DNA of 64,000 bases from Octopus sinensis. Its lineage: Eukaryota. The notes beneath the pieces were generated by a model. The model was not told where the DNA came from. It worked only from the letters and a program-made list of their open reading frames with translations, and searched no databases. Made by a program: the position numbers and the translations under genes. The stretch covers positions 26,908,001-26,972,000 of the forward strand of contig NC_043008.1 of the NCBI RefSeq assembly GCF_006345805.1. The letters are read 5' to 3'. This document shows positions 26,865 to 40,079 of this stretch, one piece after another (position 1 is the first letter of the stretch; every line of letters starts with the position of its first letter).

Positions 26865-28649
26865 TATATAAGGCATGCATGTGTAGTCAAGAGGCATTTT
26901 AAGAGAATACATAGAAATGGGTCAAGGGTGAGATTAATAAAATGAAGTTAGTTGTCAGTGATCTGTGCCCTCCATTCCAAATCATTTTAGATTTGGAACT
27001 GTATAGCAACAGAGATCAGATCTGATTTTCTTTGAAAGGTTTTGCACTCATTTCATTTGGTTATTATATAAAAACTGAAAAAGAATGCTCAAATGTCAAC
27101 ATAGCAAAAACCAAAGATTAATTACAGTTTTTATAAAATGATGTGCTAGAAGGAAGTAAGCAGAAATATAACTCTATGCACTTAGTAAAGGCAATGGACA
27201 TAGTAGTGTCTGTGACAAACATAGTGAGTACAATGGCATCAGATGTGATAGATTCACTGAAAATAAAACAGTAAGAGAAACAGTGAGATGAAGTTCCCAA
27301 TCATTTCCTATGGTTCAATAGATCTGGTAAATAATTTCTGTTACCTAGCTGAAAGGAGAGAAATTTAGGAAGTCGTTTCTTCTGTCGGTAACAAAGTTTA
27401 TCTTTGTTTGCACAGGAAAACTGTACAAAGCACTTATGAGACAAGATATTTGAGAGTAATGCAGCATTTATACTGTAAGCTTTTATGAAATGAGATAGCT
27501 ATGGTATAGTATGTATGTAACAGCAGCCTGTATGAAAGACTTTGAAGACTTAAATAATTCTTGGAAATTAAAGGAATGATTCTATGTAACATGCAGGTGT
27601 GACAATGATGCAAAAGGAATGATGATTGTTGAGTAGAAAAATTGCTCTTTGTTCTTAGAGGAAAATAGACAGAGAAGTAAAATATATGATTAAGTAAAAT
27701 GGCTAGATTGTGGGATGAGCTATAATATTAAATGCAGATATAGGAGATCTATCCCACCTATGCCAATATATAACACCAAACAGTGAAAGAATTACTGGGA
27801 TGTTTATGATTGACTAAAACCTTTGAAGATGGTTTTTCAGCATGGTCATAGTCCAATTCTAAAACAAATAAGATTAATGAAATATAACCACTAAAATTTT
27901 GATGATTATAATGATGTTGATTAAGCCAGTTTATCCTTATTTCTATTCAAGGTATGGCAAAAATGGCAAAAAGCTACTCACACTTTGAACAAGTGTGAAA
28001 TGAGCATAAAATTTGTTGTGTTCAATAATTTCTATTAATTAATGTTGGGTGACTATAACTGCAGTTGCGGCAAGGAATAAGGAATCCTTACTACTTTATT
28101 GATTCCCATGCGCTTGGTTTCTCATATACAGGAAAGGGAATTAGTTGTATCATTTCTTTCTAATGGGATTGAGTTTGAAGAAAATTAACCAGTTTCTAGT
28201 ATATTAAACAACAATGTGACATGATTCTTTGGTACATTAATAAAAATGATAAGTATCCAAATCTACCTTAATTCTGATAAAACAGAATCAAATTGAAACA
28301 CCTCAGCAATACATATGACATTACATTTGGTGCAATATCTGTCTTTCTGTCTATGTCTGTCTGTCTCTTTCTGTCTGTATCTCTTTTTCTTTATATATAT
28401 ATATATATGTATATGTGTGTGTGTATATATGCATAGATAAATTGTAGTTTTATATTTTAGCTAATTGTTTTTATGCGTGACTATAAGTGTGCATTGATAG
28501 ATTCTACCAATTTTTACAAATAACAGATTGTGTAGGGTAGCCACATAAGAATATTTGTGTTTGTATAGTATAGTTAGAGGGACACTTTGCAGTTTTTTCT
28601 GGATATAAATTGAAGGAAAGGAGAAAATCTATTATCAATATATTTATTG

Positions 28650-28810
28650 AGGCATTTAGTTACATCTCTCTACTCTAAGTTCAAATCCCACAGTGTATTG
28701 ACTTTATCTTTCATCTTAGCAGGGTCAATAAAATTTACTAATGAAATACTAGGATCAATATTATTGGTAATTTCCCTATCTCAAACTATACAGCCTTGTG
28801 CCTGGAATAG
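28650..28810 (+). mobile_element. Degenerate tRNA-headed SINE
   Basis: AAGTTCAAATCCC...GACTTTATCTTTCATC...GGGTCAATAAAAT...GCCTTGTGCC. Confidence 0.6.
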
Positions 28811-28914
28811 GAATCAATATATTTTAAGAGGAAGATGTAAAAGTTGCATCAAAAGACTGTCACACAATAAACAAGGTGAAAGGCAACGTTAATCTAATTA
28901 CAAAGTTTGTAAAT

Positions 28915-29090
28915 AGACCAAGAAAATACTTATGTAGTTATTCTACTTGCTAGAAATAGCAATCAAATCACGTGTAACCATAAAGTAAAGCTATTCAAGC
29001 TAAAAACACAAGATAGTCATTGCTGGAATGGTTTTGATAATAAGACTATTGGATCAGGGTTGGCCTGAGGCTTAACAACAACAGCAATAA
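28915..29090 (+). mobile_element. Interspersed SINE-like repeat ending in (AAC)n
   Basis: CTACTTGCTAGAAATAGC...GGATCAGGGTTGGCCTGAGGCTTAACAACAAC; related reverse copy at 40.75-40.89 kb. Confidence 0.5.
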
Positions 29091-30018
29091 TTACAAACAA
29101 CTCATTACTGAGAACCTATGTTAAAATAAGCATTGAGAAATGAGAATTACTACACAAAAAACAAACTCAGTTTTTATCAAATTAAGATGGTTTACATCAA
29201 CTGCTCAGAAATGTATAAATAAAAGTAAAATAATATATCCACATACTGCAGACATTTGTTGTTAAAAATTAAGATAATTGATATAAATATGATTGTAAAA
29301 ATACATAAATCATATATATATGTAACTTAAATATAGGATTCATTAGAATATAGGCACATCGATATGCAGAATGTCAGAAAGGCATGGTACAGTAACAGAG
29401 ATTCACAGTGAGGTAAAACAATCATGAAGGTAACATGTTTTTGGTAAGATATTGTAGATACATAATAACCAAATCCAATTTAAACTGTAGATCTGAGTCA
29501 GGGATGGTTCGAGGTGTTGTGTTGGTATAAAAAAGAATGCAAAAGAGGTTTAAAATTTATGACAACAGTTTCTTTGTCAAATTTAATTGATGAATTCATA
29601 GAATACATCGTAACATAATCCACCGTCTTTAGGTAAACTTTTGAACATGTATAAACTGGTGAGATAAAACCTTAGTTTTGGATAAGTGTTATTTTAAAAA
29701 ACAACATTCAAATTTATAGAGAAATTAGGAGTAGTAGCTATATCAAGCATGTGAGAAGCAAAGATATAAAATGCATCTATTATTTCAAAGTAGTTATCTT
29801 AATTAGCTTATAACCAAAACTGGCTATGAGGATGTACAAGAAGCATAGACACAACCAAGGGATGTCCTAAGGTCAGTAAAGCCAAGAAGATATGTTGTCA
29901 GTGAAATGAAATAAAAGAAAGCAAACCTCAGAGCAACAGAAGGCCATAAAGCTGTCATTGCCTTTCCATGCATGTACATATTCATACACACGTACTTATG
30001 TACACACACATGTATACA

Positions 30019-30400
30019 CTAGCTGAATAGCTCATCATTGCCAGAAAATTTTAAAAATAGGATGCTTTTATTTCAATTTTATTTTTCCCCTTTCAGACCA
30101 TGTCTCCTCCAATAGATAGGTCTCTTGACCAGGATGGATTTTTGAATTATTTGGGGCAATTTATAATGTCTCAATAAGCAAAGGTTTTGTTTTTGTTTTT
30201 TCATTTGGTGCATAAGCATAAATATTTTTGAACATCCAATGGAAAGCTGACCATGGGTGAAGCAGGGCTCTTGTAGAGGTAAATTGCCAACCAAAAATGT
30301 TTGCCTTTGCAATATGTTGGTGGTCATGGAAAAACTAAGATTCACTGGGAACCGGAGTCATTTGAATAGGAATGGGGCATCGTCTCCTGAATCTGTGTAA
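30019..30400 (-). mobile_element. Helitron 3' end with PIF1-helicase C-terminal remnant
   Basis: Reverse translation PFLFK*LRFPVNLSFSMTTN..QRQTF...HGQL, matching Helitron helicase motifs; ends GGCAATGATGAGCTATTCAG-CTAG|T (CTAG 30019-30022). Confidence 0.75.
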
Positions 30401-30464
30401 TGGAGGCTCTTGTGCATTTGTCTAATCAATGCATCCTATGCTTGGAGAAATAGATTGATAGAAA

Positions 30465-30640
30465 GATAGATAGATAGAGAGAGAGAGAGATGGTGGGAGC
30501 AACATGTATGAGAAATATGCATATACAGAGGAAAGGGTGAGAGAAAGGCAAAGCATAAAGCAGAGAGAGAGGGAGAGAGAGAGAGAGAGACAGACCGACA
30601 GAGAGAGTGAGAGAGAAAGAGAGAGATATGACAGATAGAG
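30465..30640. repeat. (GA)n/(GATA)n compound microsatellite
   Basis: Direct inspection. Confidence 0.9.
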
Positions 30641-31014
30641 AGAGAAAAACATTTCGTGATCATATCAAATTACATTCTCTGATTATTATTTACTAAAAAT
30701 CCTTCTCTTCGGGAAGTAGATTTCGAAAATCAGATCCATTTTTCTTAAGGATGCGCTTTTTCAGAGCATTTTGAGGTTATACCTTCATACATATAAGCAT
30801 GCACTCTCATTTACATAGTAGGTATATATACATATATCACGTGCACATACACACACACGTATATATATATATATATATATATATGCGCATACATATGCAT
30901 ACACACAGGGGCACACTGACACACACACGTATATATGTATATATATATGTATATATATATATATGTATTTCTAATAAAGTGCTACATATATATATATATA
31001 TGTAGCACTTTATT

Positions 31015-31232
31015 TCACGTTGCTCCAGTTCACTCAGCTGTAGAAATGAGTTGCTACGTCACAGGTGCCAAGCTGTATCGACCTTTGTCTTTCCCTTGGA
31101 TAACACTGGTGGCGTGGAGAGGGGAGGCTGGTATGCATGGACGACTGCTAGCCTTCCATAAACAACCTTGCCCGGACTTGTGTCTAGGAGGGTAACTTTC
31201 TAGGTACAATCCCATGGTCATTCATGACCGAA
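31015..31232 (+). mobile_element. SINE-like repeat fragment
   Basis: GC-richer island GTTGCTCCAGTTCACTCAGCTGTAGAAATGAG...CATGACCGAAGGGGGTCTTTA between microsatellites; family recognised from memory only. Confidence 0.45.
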
Positions 31233-31729
31233 GGGGGTCTTTATATATATGTATGTATGTATTTATGGTATAGGACGTCACATACAGTAAACAACATGAA
31301 ATACTAAGACAAATGAGTTGAATACGCAAACAACAAGAGAGACACATGGAAAATAGGACAATTAACAAAAGAACGACCCTTCATCAGTCGCCGGTTCATT
31401 TCGAGCACTGAACGACAATATGAGTCTTCGAGGGCATTTGCTCCCACAAAAGCCAAAATGAAATTTGGTATTTATGGAGGGTCAAAGCTGGTAAAAAAGA
31501 CAGGGCAGTGGTGACATACAAGGAAACCGAACGAAAAAAAAAGAACATGGAGGGTCGTTAGACGAGACGAAGCTAAAATAGCGAACGCTGGAAAAATATT
31601 TCTTTGACAAGAGAAAATATAGAAGAGAAAGACAGATAGGCTACTTCCAGCCTCTAGGACAGCCCTCAAAGAAAAGAAAGATGATCACGTGAGGAAAAGA
31701 AAGATGGACGATGGTTGCGTCTGAGCAAC

Positions 31730-31760
<31 letters not shown>

Positions 31761-32160
31761 CAAAGGAGAGAGACAGAGTCAAAACTACTGAAAAGGTTGC
31801 AAGACGCATCGAAAATTCTTGAAAAGTAAAGAAGGAAATAAGTGGAAATTCTACCGGTGAGGGTATTAAATTATATGGCACAAAAGAGAATGACTCTCTC
31901 CAGACACAACAGTATATGCTTCAAAACACGAACTCACATAAAGAATCTTGCAAGCCAAATCCCAAAATGATATATATATATATATAAGAAAAATAAGACA
32001 AGGTAGAAAATGCTAAAATAATTTTAACCACGAAGAGCATTTTAGTACCGATTCCAGTCATTTCGACTTTTTCAACTTAAAATAAAGTAAGAAAATCTAT
32101 TGAATTGTGGAAAAATTAAATGAAAAGTTTTTTTCTTTAAATATTTTCATAGTCTTGAAA

Positions 32161-32710
32161 TACGAGGGTGAGTTAAAAAGTAATGCCAGTTTGTTTAGGG
32201 CGGGTATAATTACCAACACAGGAGCATGTATCATACATGAAAATGAAGCTGGCCCACTGTGGATCACATCCCTACTTCTCAACATAGTCACCGTTTCTCT
32301 CAATGGCAATGTTCCACCTTCGAACGAGAGCATGTATCCCTCTCTCTTAAAATTCTGTTGACTGTTCTTTGAGCCACTTCTTAATTACAGTTTTCACTTC
32401 CTCGTCACGGGTCTATCATCTCTTCGACCCAATGAAAGAGGGTTTGAGAGGCAAACATTCCAGTGACGAGGAAGTGAAAACTGTATTGAAGAAGTAGCTC
32501 AAAGAACAGCCAACAGAATTTTACGAGGCAGGGATACATAATCTCATTCGAAGGTGGAATATTGCTACTGAGAGAAATGGCGACTATGTTGAGAAGTAGG
32601 GATGTAATTCACAGAGGACCAGCTTCATTTTGACGTATGATACACATTCCTGTGTTTGTAATTATACCTGTCCTAAATAAAATAGCATTATGTTTTGACT
32701 CACCCTCGTA
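32161..32710. mobile_element. Mariner-derived fold-back element made of two transposase 3' ends
   Basis: TACGAGGGTGAGT...ACTCACCCTCGTA; 32161-32408 is the reverse complement of 32463-32710; right arm encodes YHLFDPMKEGLRG...DEEVKTVLKK*LKEQ...RRWNIATERNGDYVEK*. Confidence 0.92.
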
Positions 32711-33169
32711 GGTAGGACACTTTTCGCTTTTTCTGTCTGTCTCTCTCTTTTACTTTTGTGAAGGCTCGGGAGGTAGTAGCAGATCTGAAATGATAAATAG
32801 ATTAAAGGATGATGAATCAAAGAGGCTCATCAAGGGAGTACAGTAGTTTTAATGGACACGGTATACTATATAACTCTAGTGCTATCCATATTATGAAATG
32901 GTCCTACATGATAGTCAGCAGAAAATAATGAGAAGCCTGAAAACTATATTAAACCTGTAGAGAGAAGGGCTCACAGACAAGGATTACGACTTCAAAAGTA
33001 AATCCAGTCAATTCTACGGTATTCCTAAGATATACAAAAGTAAAAAAAAAAGTAACGCATGCAGGCAAGTCACAGACATAACAATCCATGTACCTACTCC
33101 TAATGACCTCAAATTAAGACCTATAATAGTAGGTCCCGCATGCAAAACTCACCGCTTCAGTAACTTTTT

Positions 33170-33474
33170 AGTAAAAGAGAGACAGACAGAAAAAACGAAA
33201 AGTCAAAACATAATTCTATTTTATTTAGGACAGGTATAATTACCAACACAGGAATGTGTATCATACGTCAAAATGAAGCTGGTCCTCTGTGAATTACATC
33301 CCTACTTCTCAACATAGTCGTCATTTCTCTCAGTAGCAATATTCCACCTTCGAATGAGATTATGTATCCCTGCCTCGTAAAATTCTGTTGACTGTTCTTT
33401 GAGCTACTTCTTCAATACAGTTTTCACTTCCTCGTCACTGGAATGTTTGCCTCTCAAACCCTCTTTCATTGGGT
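33170..33474 (-). repeat. Inverted copy of 32427-32754 inserted into the PLE RT
   Basis: Matches right-arm diagnostic bases and carries the non-mariner flank 32720-32754; splits RT codons SNFL|DNLLKP. Confidence 0.9.
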
Positions 33475-34068
33475 TTAGATAACCTCTTGAAGCCGTTCCT
33501 CAAGCATATCAAAAGCTACATAAGGGATGACCTAGATATGTTCAATCAGCTCCCCGAAACAATAAATAAAAACACACTACTAGAACCCTTCGATGTAGCC
33601 AAACTCTATTCTAATATCGTCACAGCCTAGGAATAGAGGCAATCCAGATCTTGCTAGAGAATTACTCCTTTGAGCTTCCACACAGCATCAAAAAAGGATT
33701 CGTAATAGAAAGGCTAAAATTCATCTTGGGAAATAACTTCATCTTCAAAGACAACTTCGATCGACAAAGTCGTTCACTGCAATGGGTAAGAGAATGGCTC
33801 CTTCCTTTGCTAACCTAGTCATGGGGTACCTAAAATTCAATCTTTATCATAAGGTACTAGAAAAATACAGCAACCCATTCTCCCAGTACACAGAAAATAA
33901 CTAGAAGAGGTATCATTATTTGGCGCGATTTAATTGTTTTTCTAAGCTGTAAAAGTCAAAAAGTCTGAAACCGGTACTAAAATGTTCTTCAGGATCAAAT
34001 TATTTTAGCATTTTCTACCTTGTTTTATTTTCCTTAAATATATCAACTCGTGTGTTACTTTTCAACCT

Positions 34069-34069
34069 T

Positions 34070-34109
<40 letters not shown>

Positions 34110-34165
34110 ACATACATACACACACACACACACATATGTATGTATGTACATATATATATATATGC

Positions 34166-34204
<39 letters not shown>

Positions 34205-34236
34205 TATATACATACATACATACATACATACATACA

Positions 34237-34270
<34 letters not shown>
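34069..34270. repeat. (CA)n/(TA)n/(TACA)n compound microsatellite
   Basis: Direct inspection. Confidence 0.95.
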
Positions 34271-35204
34271 CGTAGTTCATAAATGAGAATCACATATTCT
34301 CCGTATAGAATACACTAAGAAGCACTCAAGATATTTAAACTCGAGCAGGTATAGAAGTAAATGTAAGTATAAGCAAGTTAGATAAATCAATATATGAAGT
34401 ATATTAAATGCATGAATTACAAAAAATGTATAGAATGTCTTTCAAAACTTGCAATTCTTGAAATCTTTGCAGTATTCTCTCCTTGTTTCATAACCCATGT
34501 GTTTCCATACTTTACTATGACTTTCTCAGTGATTTCTCCCTGTCACTCTAAAAGTCGTAAACATTCTCGCCTTGATTTATAACTTGTGTCTTTCTCATAC
34601 TGGCCATGTTTCACCAGCGATAAATTCTTCCAAGTCTCTCTTCCTCTCTCTCACAAGTATCTTCTTACTGCTATGTCCTGAGGTGAAGTCAGCCATTGCT
34701 TGTCCGCGATGAGCCCACTCAGTCCCGCACCCACCGCCTATACCGGAAATCCCTTCTCTTATACCGGAAACTCCTACAGAGCTCTGCCTCGCTTTTGTAC
34801 CAGAAGACTTGCATAGCTCCCCACCCAACACCACCGGCAATCATCTATAGTACTGCATATAGCAAAAGGAAATGTGTTATTTAGAAAATTAACAAACCAC
34901 CTACCTCTTCCTCTCTATATATAATGAACTGACCAATAGCAGCTCATCTACTTAATTTAAACATTAACCTATTTATATTAGCAGCAATAATGCTTATATT
35001 TACAACGCCCATAACACTTATATTTACAATGCTTACATTACACTCACCCCCGATAGGGGCAGCAGTTTTAACATGTTTGAGTTATGGTAGGTTAAATCGA
35101 GAACAACCGACGTGACATGTCTGTTATCAAATGATCATTGAAACCTTTTCAGGTGCGAATACTATCTCTCCTTCCCTTGTTCCCTCCCTCGTCCCTTTCT
35201 CACT

Positions 35205-36040
35205 CTTCAGAGTTGGCACTGGTAATGTAGGTACACAGAAAGGTAGTTCTAGCGATATTGTTGAGATGCTTGAATGGAGGCGTGTCGATGTATGCTGCAT
35301 CCAAGAGGTAAGGTGGAGAGGAGCTTCAGCCAGGTTCCTCACAGGTAAGACACATAAGTATAAAATCTTCTAGGAAGGTAACAGCGACGGGGTAGGTGGT
35401 GTGGGCATACTCCTTGCAGAGAAATGGGTGAGTAAGGTCATAGAGGTAGTCAAAGTATGTGATAGAGTACTTAAGGTCAGTTTAGTCTTGCAGAATAGTA
35501 TAGCGACAATTATTTCTGCCTATGAACCCAGAGTGGGCCTACCAAATGACCAAAGGACCACTTTTATGATATTCTTCTGCATGCTACCTCAAAGACGAAT
35601 GACAATGATATCATCTACGTAGATGGGGATTTCAACGGGCATGTTTCACAGTAGCCCGGTATCTTCCATGGTGTACATGGGTGCCATGGAATTGGTTCCC
35701 GAAACGAGGAGGGCACAAGGCTACTGGAGTTCCGTGATGCGAATAACCGATTGATCTGCAACATCAACTTTAGGAAGCCAGTCATCTTTAACCTACCAAT
35801 CAGATGACTGTGTTCGCCAAATCGATTACATTCTCACCAGACAACGGGATGCGTGGCGGCTCCTAAACACAATGAGCCTCCTTGTTGAAGAATGTACCCC
35901 TAACATAGACTAGTCATTAATGACTTTAGACTCCATGCCTGAAGGATGCCAAAAAGCAGACCAATTTGAAAATGAAGGATTTGGAAGCTTAAGGACCCTT
36001 CATATGGCCAGAGATTTAGGAACAACCTAATTGAGAAATT
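35205..36040 (+). mobile_element. RTE-clade LINE apurinic endonuclease (APE) domain remnant
   Basis: RVGTGNVGT...DVCCIQEVRWRG...GVGILL...IISAYEP...GDFNGHV...RNEEGTRLLEF...QIDYIL...HRLVI; stops and frameshifts. Confidence 0.88.
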
Positions 36041-36044
36041 TGAT

Positions 36045-36580
36045 AATGTTGGTTAAAGTGTTTAGATTAGTCATTACATCACATTTGTAGATATTTTTGG
36101 TGAGCATAGATTATTTAGAGGGGATAAAAATTTGTTTTCCAAATACTTAATTTAGGAAACTTATGGACAATAGTACTTCAGGTGAAGTTCAAGGACCGCT
36201 GAGAGTGATAACTATTGTTAGATCTGATAGAATTAAGCAAATTATCTGGGGTTTCGTAGGAGACAGTTGGGTTATCATTATCAGAAACAACACTACCATT
36301 GCAATGGTGGAAGTTAAAACAATTGACATGATCTCAAGTAACTATATAATCTTCATTTAACATGAATCGATGCAAATGTTATTCAGGATGGTTGTGCCAT
36401 TATCAGTGTCAAGTTTTATTTTTCGGAGCCACCTGTAACACTGTTGCTGCTATTAAGGTGGCTAGTGCTGCTACAAATGGAGGTAAAGAGTTTGAAGTAG
36501 TTGGCTGACAAAGAGAATCGTCGCTGTTAATGTTGGCCACTTGACTATCAATGTCAGCACTGTTAAAGTGGGATACGACA
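36045..36580 (-). mobile_element. Possible LTR-retrotransposon 5' fragment (short TG...CA LTR 36434-36580 plus PBS-like GGTGGCTCCG)
   Basis: Reverse strand TGTCGTATCCC...GTGTTACA followed directly by GGTGGCTCCG and a decayed ORF start (MAQPS); no TSD found. Confidence 0.35.
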
Positions 36581-36669
36581 GGATTGTTGCTACTAAGTTC
36601 ATGACAATGTTAGAGTTGCAATTATTATCATTATTATTGTTGTTGTTACAATCACCACCGTCATTCCTA

Positions 36670-36700
<31 letters not shown>

Positions 36701-36719
36701 TTATTTTTTTTTTTTTTTC

Positions 36720-38030
36720 GGAACCATCCTAAAGGAATATGAGTCGGTTGCAGGGGCGAAAATCAACGTCATCAAATCGATGGGTTTACTGTTTGGCTCC
36801 TGGAGTAGCTGAACGATGCTATCGGACGGCGTCGTCGGATGTTGAACCAACGGACCAGTTAAACTGCACGAGGTCTTGTTTGGTCCCGACCTCCAGAATG
36901 ATAAGAACTGGGACGAGATGACGAGCAGGATGGCTAGTCTTATCCAGAAATGGGCTGAGAGGAAGCTGTCACTGAAAGATCGGGCAAAGGTGGTGAATGC
37001 TTACATCGTCTCCATTATAATTTATCGCCTGAGCACCGTGCCTTGTCCCGGTTACTGCTTGACCAGGCTGGAGCGTTTCTTATTAAAATTTTTGTGGAAG
37101 GTACACGTTTCAATGGTCAGGTGGTCACTCTGTTGCCAGCAACCTCTGAGTGGTGAATTAGGTATGCCGTGCCCCCTAATGCGCAGACACACTCTTAGGT
37201 TACACCACTCGCAGCGATTTCTGGACGATGAGCGTGTGTGGGTTCAGTTTGTGAGGCTATTCTTTTCGCAGCTCATCTCTTTGACGGGGCTACAGTCCCG
37301 GGTAAAGAAAGGACCGAGACTAGATGCCTGGCACCTTAAATGACATCAGGTGTTCACAAACCTCAACCAGTCAGGTAATGGGATAGTTAAAAGTTCCGTT
37401 TTAGAAATTTATAGAGGATTAGTGGTGGGGAAGTGTGATGATGTTCTCAGAGAGACATTGGGCACCGACGAGAACGAACTGGTTAGTCTGTTCCGGAGGA
37501 CTTTCCGGTCGGGAAATATGGATAATTTTCAGATGTCCTTTGCCTGGAAGTGCTACCGGGGGTGCTCTGCCGTTTAGAGATAAACTCTACAGTCACGGAT
37601 GTGCAGTCAGTCAGGCTTTACGAGGTGCGTGCAGAGTGACGAAACAGTTCTGCACGCCCTCGATCAGTGTCCGAGTATTGCTGACTTGTGGGGATATGTC
37701 GAACAGCTTCTCTTACATGTAGGGCGGATCTGTGTGCCGGCCGAGTCTGTAATGATGATAGCACCGCCGCTCTCCGTCAGTCGGGTAGGCAAGGTAGTTT
37801 TCGTTTGTTTGGTGGCTGTGAGGAAAGAGTTCGTTTAGTGGACAAGGTTGAAAGGCATTAGGACAGAAACATTCCTCTTTGATAGAACAGTCATTGACTT
37901 CTTCAAGTTTTACTTGAAAAGGATATTGAGAGTGGAGAGGAAAGTTCTGTCTTCGAGTGAGTTTATAGAAAAGTAGGTGAAAGTTACGAAAATGGAAAGA
38001 GTTTATGTAGACCTAGGTGTAGACCTGTGA
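36720..38030 (+). mobile_element. Tx1/L1-group LINE ORF2 3' part with C-terminal CCHC-type motif
   Basis: YESVAGAKIN..KS.GL..GSW; WAERKLSLKDRAKVVN...LKFLWK...ELGMP; RCVQSDETVLHALDQCPSIADLW; several stops and frameshifts. Confidence 0.85.
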
Positions 38031-38289
38031 GTCGGAGAGAAGGAATTGGAAAGGGCCCTTGCTCTTAGAGTTTCAGGTAAATCTCGGGCAGTATTGTTCC
38101 TCGATTATCCCTAGAGGCCTTCCTGTATTAGGAAGGCCACATCTCTAGCGTCCTGGGGCGGGTGAAGGATAAGTGATGTTACAATATGACTGAAAGCTTG
38201 TGGAGGAGAGGTAGTGAAATATCTTCATGTAATACAACATAGACATTTAAATAGATAGGCTTTTTCTAAGGATGTGGGCAGTACTTACC

Positions 38290-38900
38290 AGCACAATTTT
38301 TAATTCTCCTATCCCAGGTCAAATGGGCAGGCGGAAATATTTGTTGACGCGTTCAAAAGAGCTCTAAGAAAAGCTAAGAACAAACTAGATAATGACGAGA
38401 CACTGACGAAATTTTTGAGAGTATACAGAAGAACGCCAAATCTAAATATTAATTTAGAAAAGTCACCAGTAGAGTTAATGTTTGAGCATAAAATAAAATC
38501 GATCTTCGATAAATTATTGCTAGAAAAATGCATATAAAAGACGAAAATTAATTTCGAAGGAAACATTAGAAATATTACAAAACGTTTCAAAATAATAGGA
38601 GATAAAGTTCATTTACAAATTACAAAATGGTTGGGAGGATGACATGATGCATTTAATTAAAGGACAGCGTTCGGAACATAAGAGACACCTTAACCAATTA
38701 AAGATGAGACAAGTGTAATACCAATGGAAGTCTTCAATGATATGTTTGAAGTGCCAGCAATGAGAGGTATTGAACCCCGTAGAACTAGCTTCAGAAAACG
38801 AAAACATACTGAATATCTGGTAGTAACACCTAAACGAAAAAAGATTTTAGATTTAAAAAATCCGCAAAATCCAAACAAGTGTGCAAACAAGATTTCTTAG
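38290..38900 (+). mobile_element. Ty3/Gypsy integrase C-terminal remnant
   Basis: PRSNGQAEIFVDAFKRALRK...FLRVYRRTPN...SPVELMFEHKIKSIFDKLL...HKRHLNQL. Confidence 0.85.
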
Positions 38901-38918
38901 TACAAAGGAAAGAAAAAA

Positions 38919-39215
38919 TGCTGTGTGCAACTAACAATGCCACCTTAAAAGTCAGGCAACAATTAAGATATAACAACTAAAAAAAGGGAAGGGCGCTGGA
39001 AAGGAAAAAAAGAAAAAGAAAAGAAATTCTACTTTCTTTAGAGTAGTCAAAATCTCAAAAGGTGAGATGTGATGAGATAGACTGAACCGAGTAAAGTGTA
39101 AATAGTAACGGTCTGAATGAATACAAAAGTTCAAACTTTGGAGTCGAATGAAGTTCGTGTTAGTTGGCAGTGAAGTTGGAAGGTGTTGGCTGGTTAGATC
39201 ACAAAGAATGTTACA
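38919..39215 (+). mobile_element. Putative 3' LTR of the Gypsy remnant
   Basis: Polypurine tract AAAGGAAAGAAAAAA (38904-38918) directly followed by TG; candidate end TGTTACA at 39215. Confidence 0.5.
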
Positions 39216-40079
39216 TTCTTGTTACTGTTGTCTGGTTATCTTATTTATTGTACATAACAAATTACGTCACAACTAAATATAAATATTTATATAATATAAA
39301 CATAAATATAAATAGAATTACAAATACCTTTGAATGTTCTTTGGCTTTATTATAATTCCATTCACATCAACATTGAAACATAAAAATATAAAATTGCCTC
39401 GATAATTAACTGGTACTTTATTTTTTCAGACACTGAAGGAATGAAAAGCAAAGTTGACAGCTGGAGTGGAAGAGAATGATTTGAACTCAAAACTTAAAGA
39501 ACCTTAAGTAAAGAACTGAATGCTATTTTCTTTGACACTGATGATTATGTCAGAATACATAACAACAGAAATTGCATTTATTCATTTGCATAACACTCAC
39601 TCCAAATATTGAATCTATTCAATTAAACACAGTCCTAAATACCTAGGAAGTAATACATCTTTCCATTAAGCAGACCCCGTATAGTCACTCATAATAGTTG
39701 TCAAATATCCATTAAATACTATCCTTCCATCACAAAATAAATGAATAAATAGATAAACAGTTGGAAGGTTATCTTGAATATAACTATATATACAATTTTA
39801 TTGAGTAATCATTGTTGGCATAGCTTTGGTCAGACTCTTCTCAATCAGAGCTAAATACCAGTTACAAGGATATTATTTCTTACATCCATTAAGTGAAATT
39901 TGGTGAAGGGCAGCAATTGCGAGCATACATACACATAACCTCAAGAGTGATTGGATGTAACGTAAATGATATTTCAGAATATAATAAAGCAAGATAATAT
40001 ATGTTTTGGAAGGTAATAAGATCACGAGTAAGATATAATTTTCCAAGTATCTTTTATCTTTTACATGTTTCCGTTACTA

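Larger units (their letters stand above)
31981..34043 (+). mobile_element. Penelope-like element composite: inverted terminal segment, 5'-truncated RT, terminal segment
   Basis: RT motifs QGSTVVLMD (32831), FYGIPKIYK (33012), LRPII, FDVAKLYSNI (33589), AMGKRMAPSFANLVMG (33779); 31981-32080 is the reverse complement of 33942-34043. Confidence 0.8.

Noticed and set aside
31370-31420. CTGATGAAG on the minus strand within a repeat-like region (31270-31930)
   Set aside because: No downstream GAAA or stem III, so no hammerhead; family not identifiable from sequence alone.
34595-34960. GC-richer ORFs and CCAAT/TATA-like motifs upstream of the RTE endonuclease
   Set aside because: No domain similarity; the motifs are too common to call a promoter.
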